Numbered from the stretch's first letter, positions 40,489 to 51,674 are shown. The stretch is 64,000 nucleotides of DNA from Prevotella sp. UBA3675 (GCA_002372235.1 DFJI01000010.1:13773-77772); one strand, 5' to 3'. Notes: generated from the letters alone by a model not told the origin. Numbers and translations are program-made.

Positions 40489-40561
40489 TCGAGGTGACAG
40501 GACTCGAACCTGCGACAGCCTGGTCCCAAACCAGGAACGCTACCAACTGCGCTACACCTCG
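40489..40561 (-). tRNA. tRNA-Pro(UGG)
   Basis: Acceptor stem CGAGGTG/CACCTCG, anticodon arm CCTGG-TTTGGGA-CCAGG, T-loop GGTTCGAGTCC. No encoded CCA. Confidence 0.96.
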
Positions 40562-40594
40562 CTTTTGCGGCTGCAAAGGTAAACAAAAAAAATG

Positions 40595-40658
40595 GAACTG
40601 CGAATTTTGAATTTGATAAATCATATTGATTTAACAATAATTCAAAATTCGCAGTCCC
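40595..40658 (-). terminator. Long hairpin downstream of spt (probable terminator)
   Basis: ACTGCGAATTTTGAATT...AATTCAAAATTCGCAGT inverted repeat, preceded on the plus strand by an A-run (U-tract on minus). Confidence 0.65.
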
Positions 40659-40666
40659 TATCTTGC

Positions 40667-41854
40667 TTATTTTATGATACCTTGCTCTACGAATATCTTC
40701 TTTAGCGCATGTACCGAACGCTCCACCTGCTCCTCGGTATGGGTAGCCATCAGGGCATAGCGAACGAGCGTGTCCTGAGGTGCGCAGGCAGGAGGAATAA
40801 CCGGGTTGATGAACACTCCAGCGTTGAATGCAAGAGCTGTCACCAAGAATGTTTTCTCTGTATCACGCACATAAAGCGGTATAATCGGGCTCTCGGTCTC
40901 ACCGATCTCGAATCCCTCTTCGCGGAAACGCTTCAAGGCGTAGTTCGTAACCTTCCACAGTTTTTCAATGCGCTCAGGCTCCTGCTGAATGATGTGCAAA
41001 GCCTCAAGTGCGGCAGCCGTAGCAGCAGGTGTGTTTGAAGCTGAGAAGATGTAAGTGCGGCAGGTGTGACGGAGCCAGTTGATTGTATCTTTATCAGAAG
41101 CAATGAAGCCACCAATACTTGCCAACGACTTAGAGAATGTACCCATAATCAGGTCAACCTCCTTTGTCAGTCCGAAGTGATCGCACACGCCTCTACCCTG
41201 TCTTCCGAATACGCCCACACCGTGAGCCTCGTCCACCATGATAGAGCAGTTGTACTTGTGCTTTAGCTGAACGATTTCGGGCAGTTTTGCCAAGTCGCCT
41301 TCCATAGAGAACACGCCATCTACTACAATCAGCTTGATGGCTTCTTGAGGCAACTTCTGCAGCACGCGCTCCAAATCTTCCATATCGTTGTGCTTGTAAT
41401 GCAGCTGCTTGGCAAAAGCCAAACGACGACCGTCAACAATACTGGCATGATCGCGATCATCGCAAATCACATAGTCATCCTTACTCAGCAGAGCAGGAAT
41501 AACGCCCTGATTGACACTAAAGCCGGTTGAGAAACACAGGCAATCGTCTTTGCCGATAAATTCTGCAATCTCTTTTTCTAACTGCACATGCAAATCAAGC
41601 GTGCCATTGAGGAAACGGCTTCCAGCACAGCCCGAACCGTAACGGTCAAGAGCAGCCTTAGCCTTGTCAATAATACGTTGATCACCTGTAAGACCTGTGT
41701 ATGCATTCGATCCGAACATAAGAACCTTATGTCCGCCCATATCTACCTCCGTACCTTGTTTACCCGTAATAGCTCTAAAATAGGGATAAACGCCCTTGGC
41801 CATAAAATCCTGAGGCACGCGATACGATTTGAATCTTTCTTGTAACTGTCCCAT
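40667..41854 (-). CDS. spt: Serine palmitoyltransferase (alpha-oxoamine synthase family)
   Basis: GVYPYFR, MFGSNAYTGL, GCAGSRFLNGT, DEAHG, PLP-lysine motif GTFSKSLAS; resembles Bacteroides SPT. Confidence 0.88.
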   Translation of the reverse strand: MGQLQERFKSYRVPQDFMAKGVYPYFRAITGKQGTEVDMGGHKVLMFGSNAYTGLTGDQRIIDKAKAALDRYGSGCAGSRFLNGTLDLHVQLEKEIAEFIGKDDCLCFSTGFSVNQGVIPALLSKDDYVICDDRDHASIVDGRRLAFAKQLHYKHNDMEDLERVLQKLPQEAIKLIVVDGVFSMEGDLAKLPEIVQLKHKYNCSIMVDEAHGVGVFGRQGRGVCDHFGLTKEVDLIMGTFSKSLASIGGFIASDKDTINWLRHTCRTYIFSASNTPAATAAALEALHIIQQEPERIEKLWKVTNYALKRFREEGFEIGETESPIIPLYVRDTEKTFLVTALAFNAGVFINPVIPPACAPQDTLVRYALMATHTEEQVERSVHALKKIFVEQGIIK

Positions 41855-42005
41855 TTAAAAATTTAGGTGTTTACTTAATTTCAGTTTGCAAAGTTACACA
41901 AAATTCTCAAATTAGTGCATTTTTTTCGTAATATTTGTGGAATGAACTTAAAAATATTTCCCATTTAGAGAAAATTTCATGCAAATTACGTAAATTTGCA
42001 GCATT

Positions 42006-43046
42006 ATGAAGAACGGAAAGATGCGAATCACATTCATAGTGAATCCCATATCGGGAACACACAGCAAGGAAGGTATTGCTGAGCTCATTGAAAAGAATTT
42101 GAGCAAGGACCGCTTCGACCAGCGTATTGTTTTTACCGAATATGCTGGCCATGCAGCAGAAATTGCAAAGGCGTGTGCCAACGAAGGATATGACATCTGC
42201 GTAGCCGTAGGGGGCGACGGAACCGTAAACGAGGTGGCACGCTCGCTCACTCACACGAATACGGCCCTGGGCATCATCCCCTGCGGAAGCGGAAACGGAC
42301 TGGCCCGGCACCTGTGCATTCCTATGGATGTGAAGAAATCGATTGAGATCATTAATAAGGCGCAGATTGAGGCATTCGACTACGGCATCGTGAACGGACT
42401 GCCTTTCTTCTGCACATGCGGAATGGGGTTCGATGCGTTCATCTCTCTCAAGTTTGCCGAATCGGGGAAGCGCGGACCAATCACCTATGTAGAGAACGTA
42501 CTGAAGGAAGGTCTTAAATACAAGCCCGAGACTTACGTCGTGGAGGACGAGACCGGCACTCACAGGCACAAAGCTTTCCTCATAGCCTGCGCCAACGCCG
42601 CTCAATACGGAAACAATGCCTACATCGCCCCAGGTGCTTCTATGAAAGACGGCATGATGGACGTAATCATCATGGAGCCTTTCGACGTGATCGACGCGCC
42701 GAAGATTGCTATGGACCTCTTTGCCAAGACTCTGAGCAGCAACTCGCGCATCAAGACGTTCCAGGCTCGGCACATCCACATCCATCGCTCTACTGCCGGC
42801 GCCATCCACTACGACGGCGACCCCATCATGACTGAAGCCGACATAGATGTAGAAATGCAGCCATTGGGAATAAAGGTCGTGGTGAATCCTGATACCATCG
42901 AGGACGAAGCGCAGCCCAATCCTGTGCTCAACGCATTTAGCGACTTCTTTAATAATATAAATAATGTACGCGAGGACATAGCAAGAAGCGGTCACCGCAT
43001 ACAAGTGCTCAACAAGCTCATGCTCCGCAAACTTTCAAGACGATGA
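42006..43046 (+). CDS. Diacylglycerol/sphingosine kinase family (YegS-like) lipid kinase
   Basis: IVNPISG, GGDGTVNEV, PCGSGNGLARHL, GMGFDA, YDGD. Confidence 0.9.
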   Translation: MKNGKMRITFIVNPISGTHSKEGIAELIEKNLSKDRFDQRIVFTEYAGHAAEIAKACANEGYDICVAVGGDGTVNEVARSLTHTNTALGIIPCGSGNGLARHLCIPMDVKKSIEIINKAQIEAFDYGIVNGLPFFCTCGMGFDAFISLKFAESGKRGPITYVENVLKEGLKYKPETYVVEDETGTHRHKAFLIACANAAQYGNNAYIAPGASMKDGMMDVIIMEPFDVIDAPKIAMDLFAKTLSSNSRIKTFQARHIHIHRSTAGAIHYDGDPIMTEADIDVEMQPLGIKVVVNPDTIEDEAQPNPVLNAFSDFFNNINNVREDIARSGHRIQVLNKLMLRKLSRR

Positions 43047-43543
43047 CAGACAACAGCGAAGAACTTTTCCCCATTGTAGATGAGCAAGGCCGAACCTTGG
43101 GCCGCATCACTCGCGGCGAGGCTCACAACGGCTCACGAACGCTTCATCCCGTCGTACACTTGCATCTGTTCAACAGTCGGGGAGAACTGTATCTGCAACG
43201 CCGCCCTCTTTGGAAAGACATTCAACCCGGGCGATGGGACACTGCCTGCGGGGGCCACATGGCATACGGCGAAACGCCTGAACAAGCACTTCGTCGCGAA
43301 GTAAGCGAAGAGTTGGGAATTACCGACTACAGCCCCATCGCGTTAGGCCATTATGTTTTCGACAGTAAGCGCGAACGTGAACTTGTGTATGTGAACAAGG
43401 CTGTATATGACGGAACTGTCACCCCAAGCAAAGAAGAACTCGATGGAGGCAGGTTCTGGTCGCGCGAAGAGATAGTCAACGCAATGGGCAAAGGCATCCT
43501 AACTCCCAATTTCGAACAGGAATATCAAACTTTTTTCGGTTAG
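43043..43543 (+). CDS. NUDIX hydrolase (IPP isomerase-like)
   Basis: LHPVVH, LQRR...K...PGRWD, GGH...GE....A..RE..EELG Nudix box. Confidence 0.9.
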   Translation: MTDNSEELFPIVDEQGRTLGRITRGEAHNGSRTLHPVVHLHLFNSRGELYLQRRPLWKDIQPGRWDTACGGHMAYGETPEQALRREVSEELGITDYSPIALGHYVFDSKRERELVYVNKAVYDGTVTPSKEELDGGRFWSREEIVNAMGKGILTPNFEQEYQTFFG

Positions 43544-43741
43544 ATGCAGCTCGTCCTCGTTCTTTTGATTATAGCCATCAGTCTGGCATACGCAGGTTGG
43601 CGCATTCACCAGTCGCTCACCCATAAGGCCGACCCGTGTGCCGGATGCGCAGGTTGCAGCCTTAAGGGGAAAATCAAGGTCCGAGAGCAATGTCCTTCGA
43701 CCATTGGGGCAAAAAGCACGGCAAAAGCACAGCAAAAGTAG
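43544..43741 (+). CDS. Small Cys-rich membrane protein (FeoB-associated-like)
   Basis: N-terminal TM helix followed by PCAGCAGC. Abuts the NUDIX stop codon. Confidence 0.6.
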   Translation: MQLVLVLLIIAISLAYAGWRIHQSLTHKADPCAGCAGCSLKGKIKVREQCPSTIGAKSTAKAQQK

Positions 43742-43836
43742 AACAAAACAAAGAATTTAACAGAAAAACAGAAGAAAAATTTGGAGAAACGAAAAAAACA
43801 TAGTATCTTTGCATCCGCAAAAAGCAGAACAACATT

Positions 43837-43908
43837 GGTGCCTTGGATGAGTGGCTTAGTCAACGGTCTGCAAAACCGTCTACAGCAGTTCGAATCTGCT
43901 AGGCACCT
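43837..43908 (+). tRNA. tRNA-Cys(GCA)
   Basis: GGTGCCT/AGGCACC acceptor stem, anticodon arm ACGGT-CTGCAAA-ACCGT, GTTCGAATC T-loop, U discriminator. TATCTTTG promoter element at 43804. Confidence 0.96.
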
Positions 43909-43982
43909 CAAAGAAAATCGGAAGCCATTTCACAGGTTTCCGATTCTTTGTTATAAGAACCTTTTTCACAAGAGAGAAACGA

Positions 43983-44828
43983 ATGAAACGCGGATTAGTA
44001 CTGGAAGGCGGAGCCATGAGAGGGCTGTTTACTGCTGGCATCTGCGATGTCATGATGGAACACGACATTTGGCCCGACGGTATCATAGGCGTGTCGGCTG
44101 GAGCGGCATTCGGCTGCAACTATAAATCGCGACAGCCGGGAAGAGCCATCCGCTACAACATGCGCTTCGCTAACGACCGACGCTACAGCGGCTTATGGTC
44201 ACTCCTCACAACAGGCGACTATTTTAATGCCGAATTTGCCTACCACACCGTTCCCTCCACTTACGACTTATTCGATGATGCTGCCTTCGAAGCCAACCCA
44301 ATGGGGTTCATCGTAGTATGCACAGACGTGATGACTGGCAACCCCATCTATCAGAAGCTAAGCACGTCTGACCGTGAGAGCTACGACTGGATCAGGGCCT
44401 CGGCCTCTATGCCGTTAGCCTCGCGCGTGGTAGAACTTGGCGGACACAAGCTACTCGACGGAGGAGTGAGCGACTCCATTCCCCTCGCCTATTTCGAACA
44501 GATAGGCTACGACCGTAATGTGGTGATTCTCACCCAGCCGGACGGCTATCAGAAAGAGCACAACCGCCTGATGCCCCTCATGAGAATGGCGCTAAGCAAG
44601 TATCCACAAATGATTGAAGCGATGGACAAACGCCACGTCATGTATAATCAGCAACTGGATTTCGTCCGGAAGGCTGAAGCTGAAAAGCGTTGCCTCGTCA
44701 TCCGACCAGAAGAAAAGATTCCCATCGGCCACGTCTCACACAATCCAAAACAAATGCACTTGGTCTATGAGATGGGACGAAAGACTGGAGAAAAGCAAAT
44801 TGAGAACATTAAGAATTTTTACGCATGA
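43983..44828 (+). CDS. Patatin-like phospholipase family protein (DUF6363 C-terminus)
   Basis: [13 protein letters not shown] nucleophile motif, ASASMP, DGG. Confidence 0.92.
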   Translation: MKRGLVLEGGAMRGLFTAGICDVMMEHDIWPDGIIGVSAGAAFGCNYKSRQPGRAIRYNMRFANDRRYSGLWSLLTTGDYFNAEFAYHTVPSTYDLFDDAAFEANPMGFIVVCTDVMTGNPIYQKLSTSDRESYDWIRASASMPLASRVVELGGHKLLDGGVSDSIPLAYFEQIGYDRNVVILTQPDGYQKEHNRLMPLMRMALSKYPQMIEAMDKRHVMYNQQLDFVRKAEAEKRCLVIRPEEKIPIGHVSHNPKQMHLVYEMGRKTGEKQIENIKNFYA

Positions 44829-45502
44829 GAATAGACATTATTACCGTTCTACCCGAGATGCTGGAAGGCTTCGTTCACGAGTCGATACTGGCTCGTGCCG
44901 AAAAAAAAGGTCTGGCAGAAATACGATTACACAACTTGCGCGACTACACCCTTGACAAGTGGCGACGTGTTGACGACTATCCCTATGGCGGCTCTGCCGG
45001 TATGGTGATGCAATGTGAGCCTATCGACCGTTGCATTACTGCCCTGAAGGCCGAACGCGACTATGATGAAGTGATTTTCACCTCGCCCGATGGCGAACGC
45101 TTCGATCAGCACATGGCCAACGAGCTTTCACTAAAAGGTAATCTTATCATACTCGCTGGCCATTACAAAGGAATAGACCAGCGAGTAAGAGATCATTTGA
45201 TTACAAAGGAAATTTCAATCGGCGACTTTGTTCTGACGGGAGGCGAACTGGTGGCAGCTATGATTGCCGATGCCATCGTCCGCGTAGTACCTGGCGTTAT
45301 TGGCGATGAACAAAGTGCCCTGTCCGACTGTTTCCAAGACGACCTCTTAGCGGCTCCCATCTACACTCGGCCTGCCGACTATAAAGGGTGGAAGGTGCCC
45401 GACATTCTGCTGAGCGGAAATGAGGCAAAGATCCGCGAGTGGGAACTTGACCAAGCGCTGGAGCGCACCAAGAGACTTCGTCCTGACTTACTGAACAAGT
45501 AG
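44825..45502 (+). CDS. trmD: tRNA (guanosine(37)-N1)-methyltransferase
   Basis: [39 protein letters not shown]. Confidence 0.97.
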   Translation: MRIDIITVLPEMLEGFVHESILARAEKKGLAEIRLHNLRDYTLDKWRRVDDYPYGGSAGMVMQCEPIDRCITALKAERDYDEVIFTSPDGERFDQHMANELSLKGNLIILAGHYKGIDQRVRDHLITKEISIGDFVLTGGELVAAMIADAIVRVVPGVIGDEQSALSDCFQDDLLAAPIYTRPADYKGWKVPDILLSGNEAKIREWELDQALERTKRLRPDLLNK

Positions 45503-45506
45503 AGCT

Positions 45507-46598
45507 TTATTTCTGACGGAACAACTCGCTCTGCTGGCGAATCAGTTCAGCATCGTTGAAATAATCTATCTGCATGGCCTTACGCACCTCGCTCATCGTT
45601 TGAGCTGCCACTTCACGCGCCTGTTCAGTACCCTTTCTCAGGATATTGTAGATTTCAGGAATGTCTTGCTCAAGCTCATGACGACGCTGGCGCATAGGCT
45701 CTAAGAACTGATTTATCACCTGATTCAGGAACTTCTTGCATTTCATGTCGCCCAAGCCGCCACGTGTATAGTGCTCCTTCAATTCATCCAGATTCTTGTA
45801 CTCCGGCCAGAAGTTGGCAAAGTCGGCATCGGTTGAGAAGGCATCGAGATAGGTGAACACAGCGTTACCCTCTACATGTCCGGGATCGCTCACGTTCAGA
45901 TGGGTAGGATCGGTGTACATAGAGCGGACCTTCTGCCACACCTCATCGGCTGAGTCGGAGAGATAGATACAGTTGCCGAGCGACTTCGACATTTTCTCCT
46001 TACCGTCGGTACCGGGCAGACGACGAGCCGTCATATTCTCCGGCAACATGATTTGCGGCTCAACGAGCACAGGAGCATAGATATTGTTGAAACGGTTCAC
46101 CAACTCGCGCGTCACCTCCAACATGGGTTCCTGGTCTTCACCGGCAGGAACGGTAGTTGCCTTGAAAAGCGTGATGTCGGCTGCCTGCGACACGGGATAG
46201 CAGAAGAAGCCTAAAGGAATGCTTTCGCCTTCGAAGCCACGCATCTTTATCTCGGTCTTTACCGTAGGATTGCGCTGCACGCGACTCACACTGATTAGGT
46301 TCATCAGATAGGTGGTCAGTTCAGCCAACTCAGCTATCTGGCTCTGAATGAAGATGGTGCATTTGCTGGGGTCCAATCCTACAGCCAAATAGTCGAGTGC
46401 CACATTAATGATATTCTGACGAATCTTTTCCGGATTGTCTGCATTGTCGGTGAGTGCCTGCACGTCGGCCATGAATACGAACATCCTGTCGTAGTCGCCT
46501 GCATTCTGCAGCTCCACGCGACGACGGAGCGAACCCACATAGTGGCCAAGATGAAGTTTACCAGTAGGGCGGTCGCCCGTAAGAATTACTTTTCCCAT
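45507..46598 (-). CDS. trpS: Tryptophan--tRNA ligase
   Basis: [13 protein letters not shown] (HIGH), QAADI, GEDQ, KMSKS. Confidence 0.97.
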   Translation of the reverse strand: MGKVILTGDRPTGKLHLGHYVGSLRRRVELQNAGDYDRMFVFMADVQALTDNADNPEKIRQNIINVALDYLAVGLDPSKCTIFIQSQIAELAELTTYLMNLISVSRVQRNPTVKTEIKMRGFEGESIPLGFFCYPVSQAADITLFKATTVPAGEDQEPMLEVTRELVNRFNNIYAPVLVEPQIMLPENMTARRLPGTDGKEKMSKSLGNCIYLSDSADEVWQKVRSMYTDPTHLNVSDPGHVEGNAVFTYLDAFSTDADFANFWPEYKNLDELKEHYTRGGLGDMKCKKFLNQVINQFLEPMRQRRHELEQDIPEIYNILRKGTEQAREVAAQTMSEVRKAMQIDYFNDAELIRQQSELFRQK

Positions 46599-46622
46599 AA
46601 TCTTTTTCTCTATTTTGTTTTC

Positions 46623-48968
46623 TTAATTTTTCTGTTCTATAATATGTATATCGCGCTGTGGGAACGGAATCTCTATGCCGTTCTCGTTGAGAGTTTCATA
46701 TATACACTTCAGCACATCGCTCACCACGTATGACTTCTTCACGGCATCAGCCCATACAAAGAGTTTGAAGTCAATGCTCGAATCGTTCATTGTCGTCACT
46801 ACAGCCTTTACCGCTCTCGAAGGATCCATCCATTTGTGATGCAGATTGTTGACGGCTCCTTCAACCAACTGTTGCACCTGTCGCAGATTAGAGCCGTAAG
46901 CCACTCCGAAGACGACAGGAGCCAGTACGTATCCGTGGTTGCGCGTCAGATTCTTATAGTTCTTGTCAAACAGCTGCGAGTTCTGGAAGGTGATCACCTC
47001 ACCTGAAATAGACTCCACGACCGTAGAGGTGTAACTGATCTGATGCACCTTTCCCATCGTACCATCTACTTCAATCCAGTCGCCCACCTTCAGTCGGCCA
47101 GCCATCAGCGAGGCACCATAGAAGATGTTCTCGATGATGTTCTTCGATGCAAAACCGATACCAGTTGAGAGACCGCCCGAGATGGCCAACAGCCAGGCCA
47201 GCGAGATGTGGAGCAAGCCCATAGAGAACATCAGCCAGATGCTCCAGATAATCACCTGCACAACATTGCGGCTCATCACTATTCGAGACGAGGCTGTCGT
47301 AGGGTCCAAATGATTGAAATGCAATTCGAGAAAAGCCAGGAGCGTGTTGCCGATATACCTGAAGGCGAACCACATACAGACAACAATAGAAATCTTGATG
47401 ATAGAAAGGTGCAGATTCTCCATGTGTACGAAATCCGAACGGAAGATCTGCCAGCACAGGTCGCTCAGATTGAACACGTCGGCAGCCCAGTAGATGCTGA
47501 GCATGATGGAGAGCACTCCCATAATAGGCATCAGCACGCTATAGACCAAGTTGTAGAACCACGTCTTCGTGATTGGCTTATGGGTTATGTCCTTTCGCAA
47601 GCCATAAATGCTCATCCAGCGCGACAGGCAGGTGATGGTCAGAATGCAGGTAAGCTGCATAATCCACCATATCAGGATTTGAACCGAGAGCAGCGTGTAG
47701 CCCGACCACGAGATAACGAGTGAGGAAAGAAACACGATAAGCGACACGTAAGAATAGAGCATGTCCTGCTGAGGCACGTTCTGGCTCTGCCGTCCGATAA
47801 CGCTCCACTGCCAAATAGTGGCCAGCAACAGGACTGGAGGAAACACCAGATTAACCAGTTCCTTCGGAATCAGAATGATACGGAAGGCTATCACCAAGAA
47901 GCCCACCAAGATGAGGGGGGCGTAGATGCGGAACGCGCTCCTTATCTGATCACCACTCACGCGCAGCAGAAGCGACACCAGAATAACGCCCAACAGCCAT
48001 GAATAGCTGATGAGCAAATCTGAAGCCATGATGAAGAAGTTCTGCTCACCTATGTTACGGAAGAGAATCAGGATGATTGCAAACGTGATGGTGGTCGTAG
48101 CCATGATGATGCAGCTGCGCTTCTTCATGAATTCGGGCGAATTGAAGCGCCGGGGCACGATGAAGCGGAAGGTCAGCAGATTGAGCAGCGTGGCTACCAC
48201 GAAATAGATGAAGGTGACGATGAAAAGACCGAAGATGATGCGGCTGTCCCACTGCGACAGAGGCGAAGGCTTATACTTCTCTCCGAAAGTAGTGATCATT
48301 TCATCAAACTTCTCAGGGAAGTGTTCCAACACCTTGAAATAGTTGTCGCTGCCGTTCATGAAGATGCCGCGCTGTATCTCGTTATAACGCTGCTGTGCGT
48401 AGTCGTCCAGCATCTTCAGCCGCTGCTCGCTCATCTCGTAGTATCTGATGTAGTCAGCTGTCTGCGACCGGTTCTCGTCAAGGGTGTTCCTGATGTGGAT
48501 GGCCAGTGTCAGACATACGCTTCTGTCAATCTTGGCTTTCTGGCTCAGCAGCATGTAAGGCATCTGCCGAAGACTCCCTATCAGGCTGTCATATTTGGCA
48601 ATCTCAGCTTCGTGACTGTCCAGGAAGTCTCTGAAAGGCTGCTGCTGTTGTTTGAACTGATGATACTGTTTGGTGGCTTCATTGCAGGCATAGGTCAAAT
48701 CGAACACATAGTTCGAATTCTGCGAATAGAGCATGAGCGAGTTCTGATTAGACTGTCTCATAGTCTCCATCAGCTCGTTCTGAATGCTCCTGTTCTTCAG
48801 TCTTCGTTCCTGTGCCTGACCTGTCAGCTCAACGTGTCGCCCTATCAGCTCCTGCCTCAGCACACTCAGTGTCTGCTCCAAGTCTTTCTCCTTCAATACT
48901 GCATGTGCTTGGGGCATGAACAGAGCTATCAAGGCCCACAGTATCAACAATCTTTTCATCTTATTCAC
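46623..48968 (-). CDS. MscS-family mechanosensitive channel with large N-terminal periplasmic and TM extension
   Basis: Signal peptide, helical N-terminus, many TMs, GIGFASKNIIEN, KVGDWIEV, GVAYGS, GIEIPFPQRDIH. Confidence 0.9.
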   Translation of the reverse strand: MNKMKRLLILWALIALFMPQAHAVLKEKDLEQTLSVLRQELIGRHVELTGQAQERRLKNRSIQNELMETMRQSNQNSLMLYSQNSNYVFDLTYACNEATKQYHQFKQQQQPFRDFLDSHEAEIAKYDSLIGSLRQMPYMLLSQKAKIDRSVCLTLAIHIRNTLDENRSQTADYIRYYEMSEQRLKMLDDYAQQRYNEIQRGIFMNGSDNYFKVLEHFPEKFDEMITTFGEKYKPSPLSQWDSRIIFGLFIVTFIYFVVATLLNLLTFRFIVPRRFNSPEFMKKRSCIIMATTTITFAIILILFRNIGEQNFFIMASDLLISYSWLLGVILVSLLLRVSGDQIRSAFRIYAPLILVGFLVIAFRIILIPKELVNLVFPPVLLLATIWQWSVIGRQSQNVPQQDMLYSYVSLIVFLSSLVISWSGYTLLSVQILIWWIMQLTCILTITCLSRWMSIYGLRKDITHKPITKTWFYNLVYSVLMPIMGVLSIMLSIYWAADVFNLSDLCWQIFRSDFVHMENLHLSIIKISIVVCMWFAFRYIGNTLLAFLELHFNHLDPTTASSRIVMSRNVVQVIIWSIWLMFSMGLLHISLAWLLAISGGLSTGIGFASKNIIENIFYGASLMAGRLKVGDWIEVDGTMGKVHQISYTSTVVESISGEVITFQNSQLFDKNYKNLTRNHGYVLAPVVFGVAYGSNLRQVQQLVEGAVNNLHHKWMDPSRAVKAVVTTMNDSSIDFKLFVWADAVKKSYVVSDVLKCIYETLNENGIEIPFPQRDIHIIEQKN

Positions 48969-49032
48969 TATTTCCTGTTCAGTTTTGTTTTGGCACCCTT
49001 CTCAAAGGGGCCTGTCACGTGATGATGCCGCC

Positions 49033-49905
49033 TTACTTATTCTTCTGAGCCTCACGCAGTCTGATACGTGTGAGCACCTGCTTCGTATTGTAGGTGAAAT
49101 CGCCCGAGAGCACCCATGCATAATAGCCTGAATCACTACGCAGCACCTCTGCCACGGTCTTCCCTTTGTGCTTGCCGAAGTTGAAGTACTCCACCATTTT
49201 GGGGTTGCCCTTCTCGTCAAGCACAATGTTACCCTTACTGTCTTTTTCTTCTCCCCAGACGATGCGTCCGGCAAAGTCAACATTCCGATTGGATTTCGAA
49301 AACTCGTTCAGGAAGTCCATATCATTCTGTAACACACGGCCTTCAGGATTCTCGCCCAGCTCACGCTGATGCGCTTCGGTATAATAATCCAGCTCAGCTT
49401 TCAGCACGCTATAGGTTGCCTCTGTGTCCTGATCAGCCCGATGAGCCTCAAAGTCGTCCTCCATCTTTCTTCCGCAATAGAACTTATAGGCAGCGGCAAG
49501 ATTCCTACGCTCCATCTTGTGGAAGATGGCTTGCGCGTCAATAAGCCTGCACTTTGAAAAGTCGAAGTCGATGCCTGCACGCAGGAACTCTTCAGCCAAG
49601 AGGGGCACATCAAAATGATTAGAGTTGAAGCCTGCAAAATCGCATCCCGTAAACAGGTCGCTCAGTTGCTTCGCTATTTGCTTAAACGAGGGCTTGTCCT
49701 TCACATCTTCATCGCTGATGCCCGTCAGTTCAGTTATGAAGGGCGGAATATGGCATTCGGGATTCACCAGATAATTGCCACGCTCCTCTTTTCCGTTAGG
49801 ATAGACTTTGATGAAGGAGACTTGAATGATGCGGTCTTTGACCAAATCAAGACCGGTCGTCTCCAAATCGAAGACGACCAGTGGTTTTGTAAGATTAAGT
49901 TTCAT
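49033..49905 (-). CDS. DEDDh 3'-5' exonuclease (DNA polymerase III epsilon-like)
   Basis: FDLETTG, FNSNHFD, AHRADQD, FGKHKG. Follows dnaN. Confidence 0.92.
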   Translation of the reverse strand: MKLNLTKPLVVFDLETTGLDLVKDRIIQVSFIKVYPNGKEERGNYLVNPECHIPPFITELTGISDEDVKDKPSFKQIAKQLSDLFTGCDFAGFNSNHFDVPLLAEEFLRAGIDFDFSKCRLIDAQAIFHKMERRNLAAAYKFYCGRKMEDDFEAHRADQDTEATYSVLKAELDYYTEAHQRELGENPEGRVLQNDMDFLNEFSKSNRNVDFAGRIVWGEEKDSKGNIVLDEKGNPKMVEYFNFGKHKGKTVAEVLRSDSGYYAWVLSGDFTYNTKQVLTRIRLREAQKNK

Positions 49906-49910
49906 GAATG

Positions 49911-51041
49911 TTAATCATTTATCAGCATGGGCATCATCAGCATCAACACGTCTTGGTTCTCAGGCTGTTCTGAAGGCAGCACAAGACCTGCACGGCTGGG
50001 ATCGGCCAGCTGAATAACGACTTGTTCGCACTCAAAGTTGTTCAGAATTTCAATAAATGACGAGCCTTTGAACCCGATGCTCATCGGCATACCGTCGTAG
50101 TCGCAAGCCATCCGCTCGGTTGCCGTCTTCGAGAAGTCGTAGTCCTCGGCATCGAGCTGAAGCGTTCCGTTCTCCACATGAAAGCGAATCAGATTGCTCG
50201 AGTCGTTCGAGAAGGGCTGCACGCGGCGCAATGCCGACAGCAGGCCCATGCGGTCAACCGTAAGCTGATTAGGATTGCTCTGAGGAATGACTGAATTGTA
50301 GTTGGGATAGCGCCCCTCAATCAGACGACAGATAATTTGTCCGTCCTCATAGTTGATCTCGGCATTGCGCTCGTCAAAGCGAATCACCACGTCGCCGCCA
50401 TTCTTGCCCAGCACGTTCTTCAGAAGTGAAGCAGGCTTCTTAGGCAGAATGAAAGCTGCCGGCTGATCGCTCTTCACGGTGAACACCTTATTGCGCACCA
50501 GCTTGTGTCCGTCGCTGGCCACCACAGCCAGGCATTCGGGTGTCAGGTCGAAGTAGATACCGTTCATCACAGGGCGAAGCTCGTCCTGCGCGGTAGCGAA
50601 GATAGAGCGGTTGATGTTATCGCTCAGCATCTGCGTGCTGATGGTGATGGTGGTGGCACCCTCGCCCACTTGCTGTGCCTGGGGGAACTCGTCGGCATTC
50701 TCTACTGGCAGCGAGAACATACCATTCTGATAGTGGATATGTGCTATGTTCTTGTTCTGCTCCTGATTCACCTCAAACGTGATGGGCTGTTCCGAAATGC
50801 CCTTTACAGCCTCGAGCAGGTCGTGATTGCCTACGCAGAACCGGCCATTGCCATCTGATTCGTTCAGCTCCATTGAGGTTTTCATTACTACCTCACTGTC
50901 CGAAGCCGTCAGGTTCAAACGTCCATCAACTACTTCGAAGAGGAAGTCGCCAAGGATGGGCAATGAGTTCTTGCTATTGATAACCCTCGAGAGCGCCACA
51001 AGGCGACTGCTGAGGGCTGTGCTTGAAACGGTAAATTTCAT
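49911..51041 (-). CDS. dnaN: DNA polymerase III beta clamp
   Basis: LPIL..FLF, RPVMNGIYF, ASDGHKL, LIEGRYPNY..VIP, LMMPM. Confidence 0.97.
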   Translation of the reverse strand: MKFTVSSTALSSRLVALSRVINSKNSLPILGDFLFEVVDGRLNLTASDSEVVMKTSMELNESDGNGRFCVGNHDLLEAVKGISEQPITFEVNQEQNKNIAHIHYQNGMFSLPVENADEFPQAQQVGEGATTITISTQMLSDNINRSIFATAQDELRPVMNGIYFDLTPECLAVVASDGHKLVRNKVFTVKSDQPAAFILPKKPASLLKNVLGKNGGDVVIRFDERNAEINYEDGQIICRLIEGRYPNYNSVIPQSNPNQLTVDRMGLLSALRRVQPFSNDSSNLIRFHVENGTLQLDAEDYDFSKTATERMACDYDGMPMSIGFKGSSFIEILNNFECEQVVIQLADPSRAGLVLPSEQPENQDVLMLMMPMLIND

Positions 51042-51201
51042 ATATAATTATTTGGTTTTATGTTTTCAAATCGGAGCACAAAAATACGAAAATAATGTGT
51101 GAATAACAAAATTATCACGAAAAATTTTCTTCTTTTCAAACAATTTTAGTAATTTCGCAATCGATTTTGAAAAAACAAACAATCGTAAACAATAAAGGAT
51201 T

Positions 51202-51612
51202 ATGGATTTAACAGGAAAAGTAATTGCCATCATGCAGCCACGCAGCGGTACGTCAGCCCGCACGGGCAACCCTTGGATGTCGCAAGAGTATGTAATCGAA
51301 GTACCGGGTCAGTACCCACGCAAAATGCTGTTCAACATCTTTGGCGAGGACCGTATCAAGCAGTTCAACATACAGGCTGGAGAGGAGATCACCGTTCAAT
51401 TCGATATTGATGCTCGCGAGTATAACGGTCGCTGGTTCAACGATATTCGCGCTTACAACATTATTCGCGGACAGATTGCCCAGACGGTTCCCCAAGCCAC
51501 TCCGCCGTTCACTCCCCAGCAGAACGCTGCTCCCCAGGATGCCGCTACGGCTCCCTTCCCTCCTGCACAGGAACCTGCTGGCGAAGGTGCTGCCGACGAT
51601 CTGCCATTCTAA
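51202..51612 (+). CDS. DUF3127 domain protein (OB-fold, SSB-like acidic DDLPF tail)
   Basis: GKVI..., QYPRK, AREYNGRWFNDIRAY, C-terminal DDLPF. Confidence 0.88.
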   Translation: MDLTGKVIAIMQPRSGTSARTGNPWMSQEYVIEVPGQYPRKMLFNIFGEDRIKQFNIQAGEEITVQFDIDAREYNGRWFNDIRAYNIIRGQIAQTVPQATPPFTPQQNAAPQDAATAPFPPAQEPAGEGAADDLPF

Positions 51613-51641
51613 GACAGAAAAACAACTTTTCACCACACAAC

Positions 51642-51674
51642 AGAAGGCGCTTGCGAGCGCCTTCTCTCTTTTTT
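51642..51674 (+). terminator. Intrinsic terminator after DUF3127
   Basis: AGAAGGCGCT-TGCG-AGCGCCTTCT followed by a T-rich tail. Confidence 0.8.

Noticed and set aside
43837-43960. tRNA-Cys or tRNA-Pro as island integration sites
   Set aside because: No duplicated tRNA 3' end or integrase was seen, and the flanks are core genes.
49911-51201. oriC near dnaN
   Set aside because: No dnaA or DnaA-box cluster was seen; dnaN with a dnaQ-like gene away from oriC is normal in Bacteroidetes.
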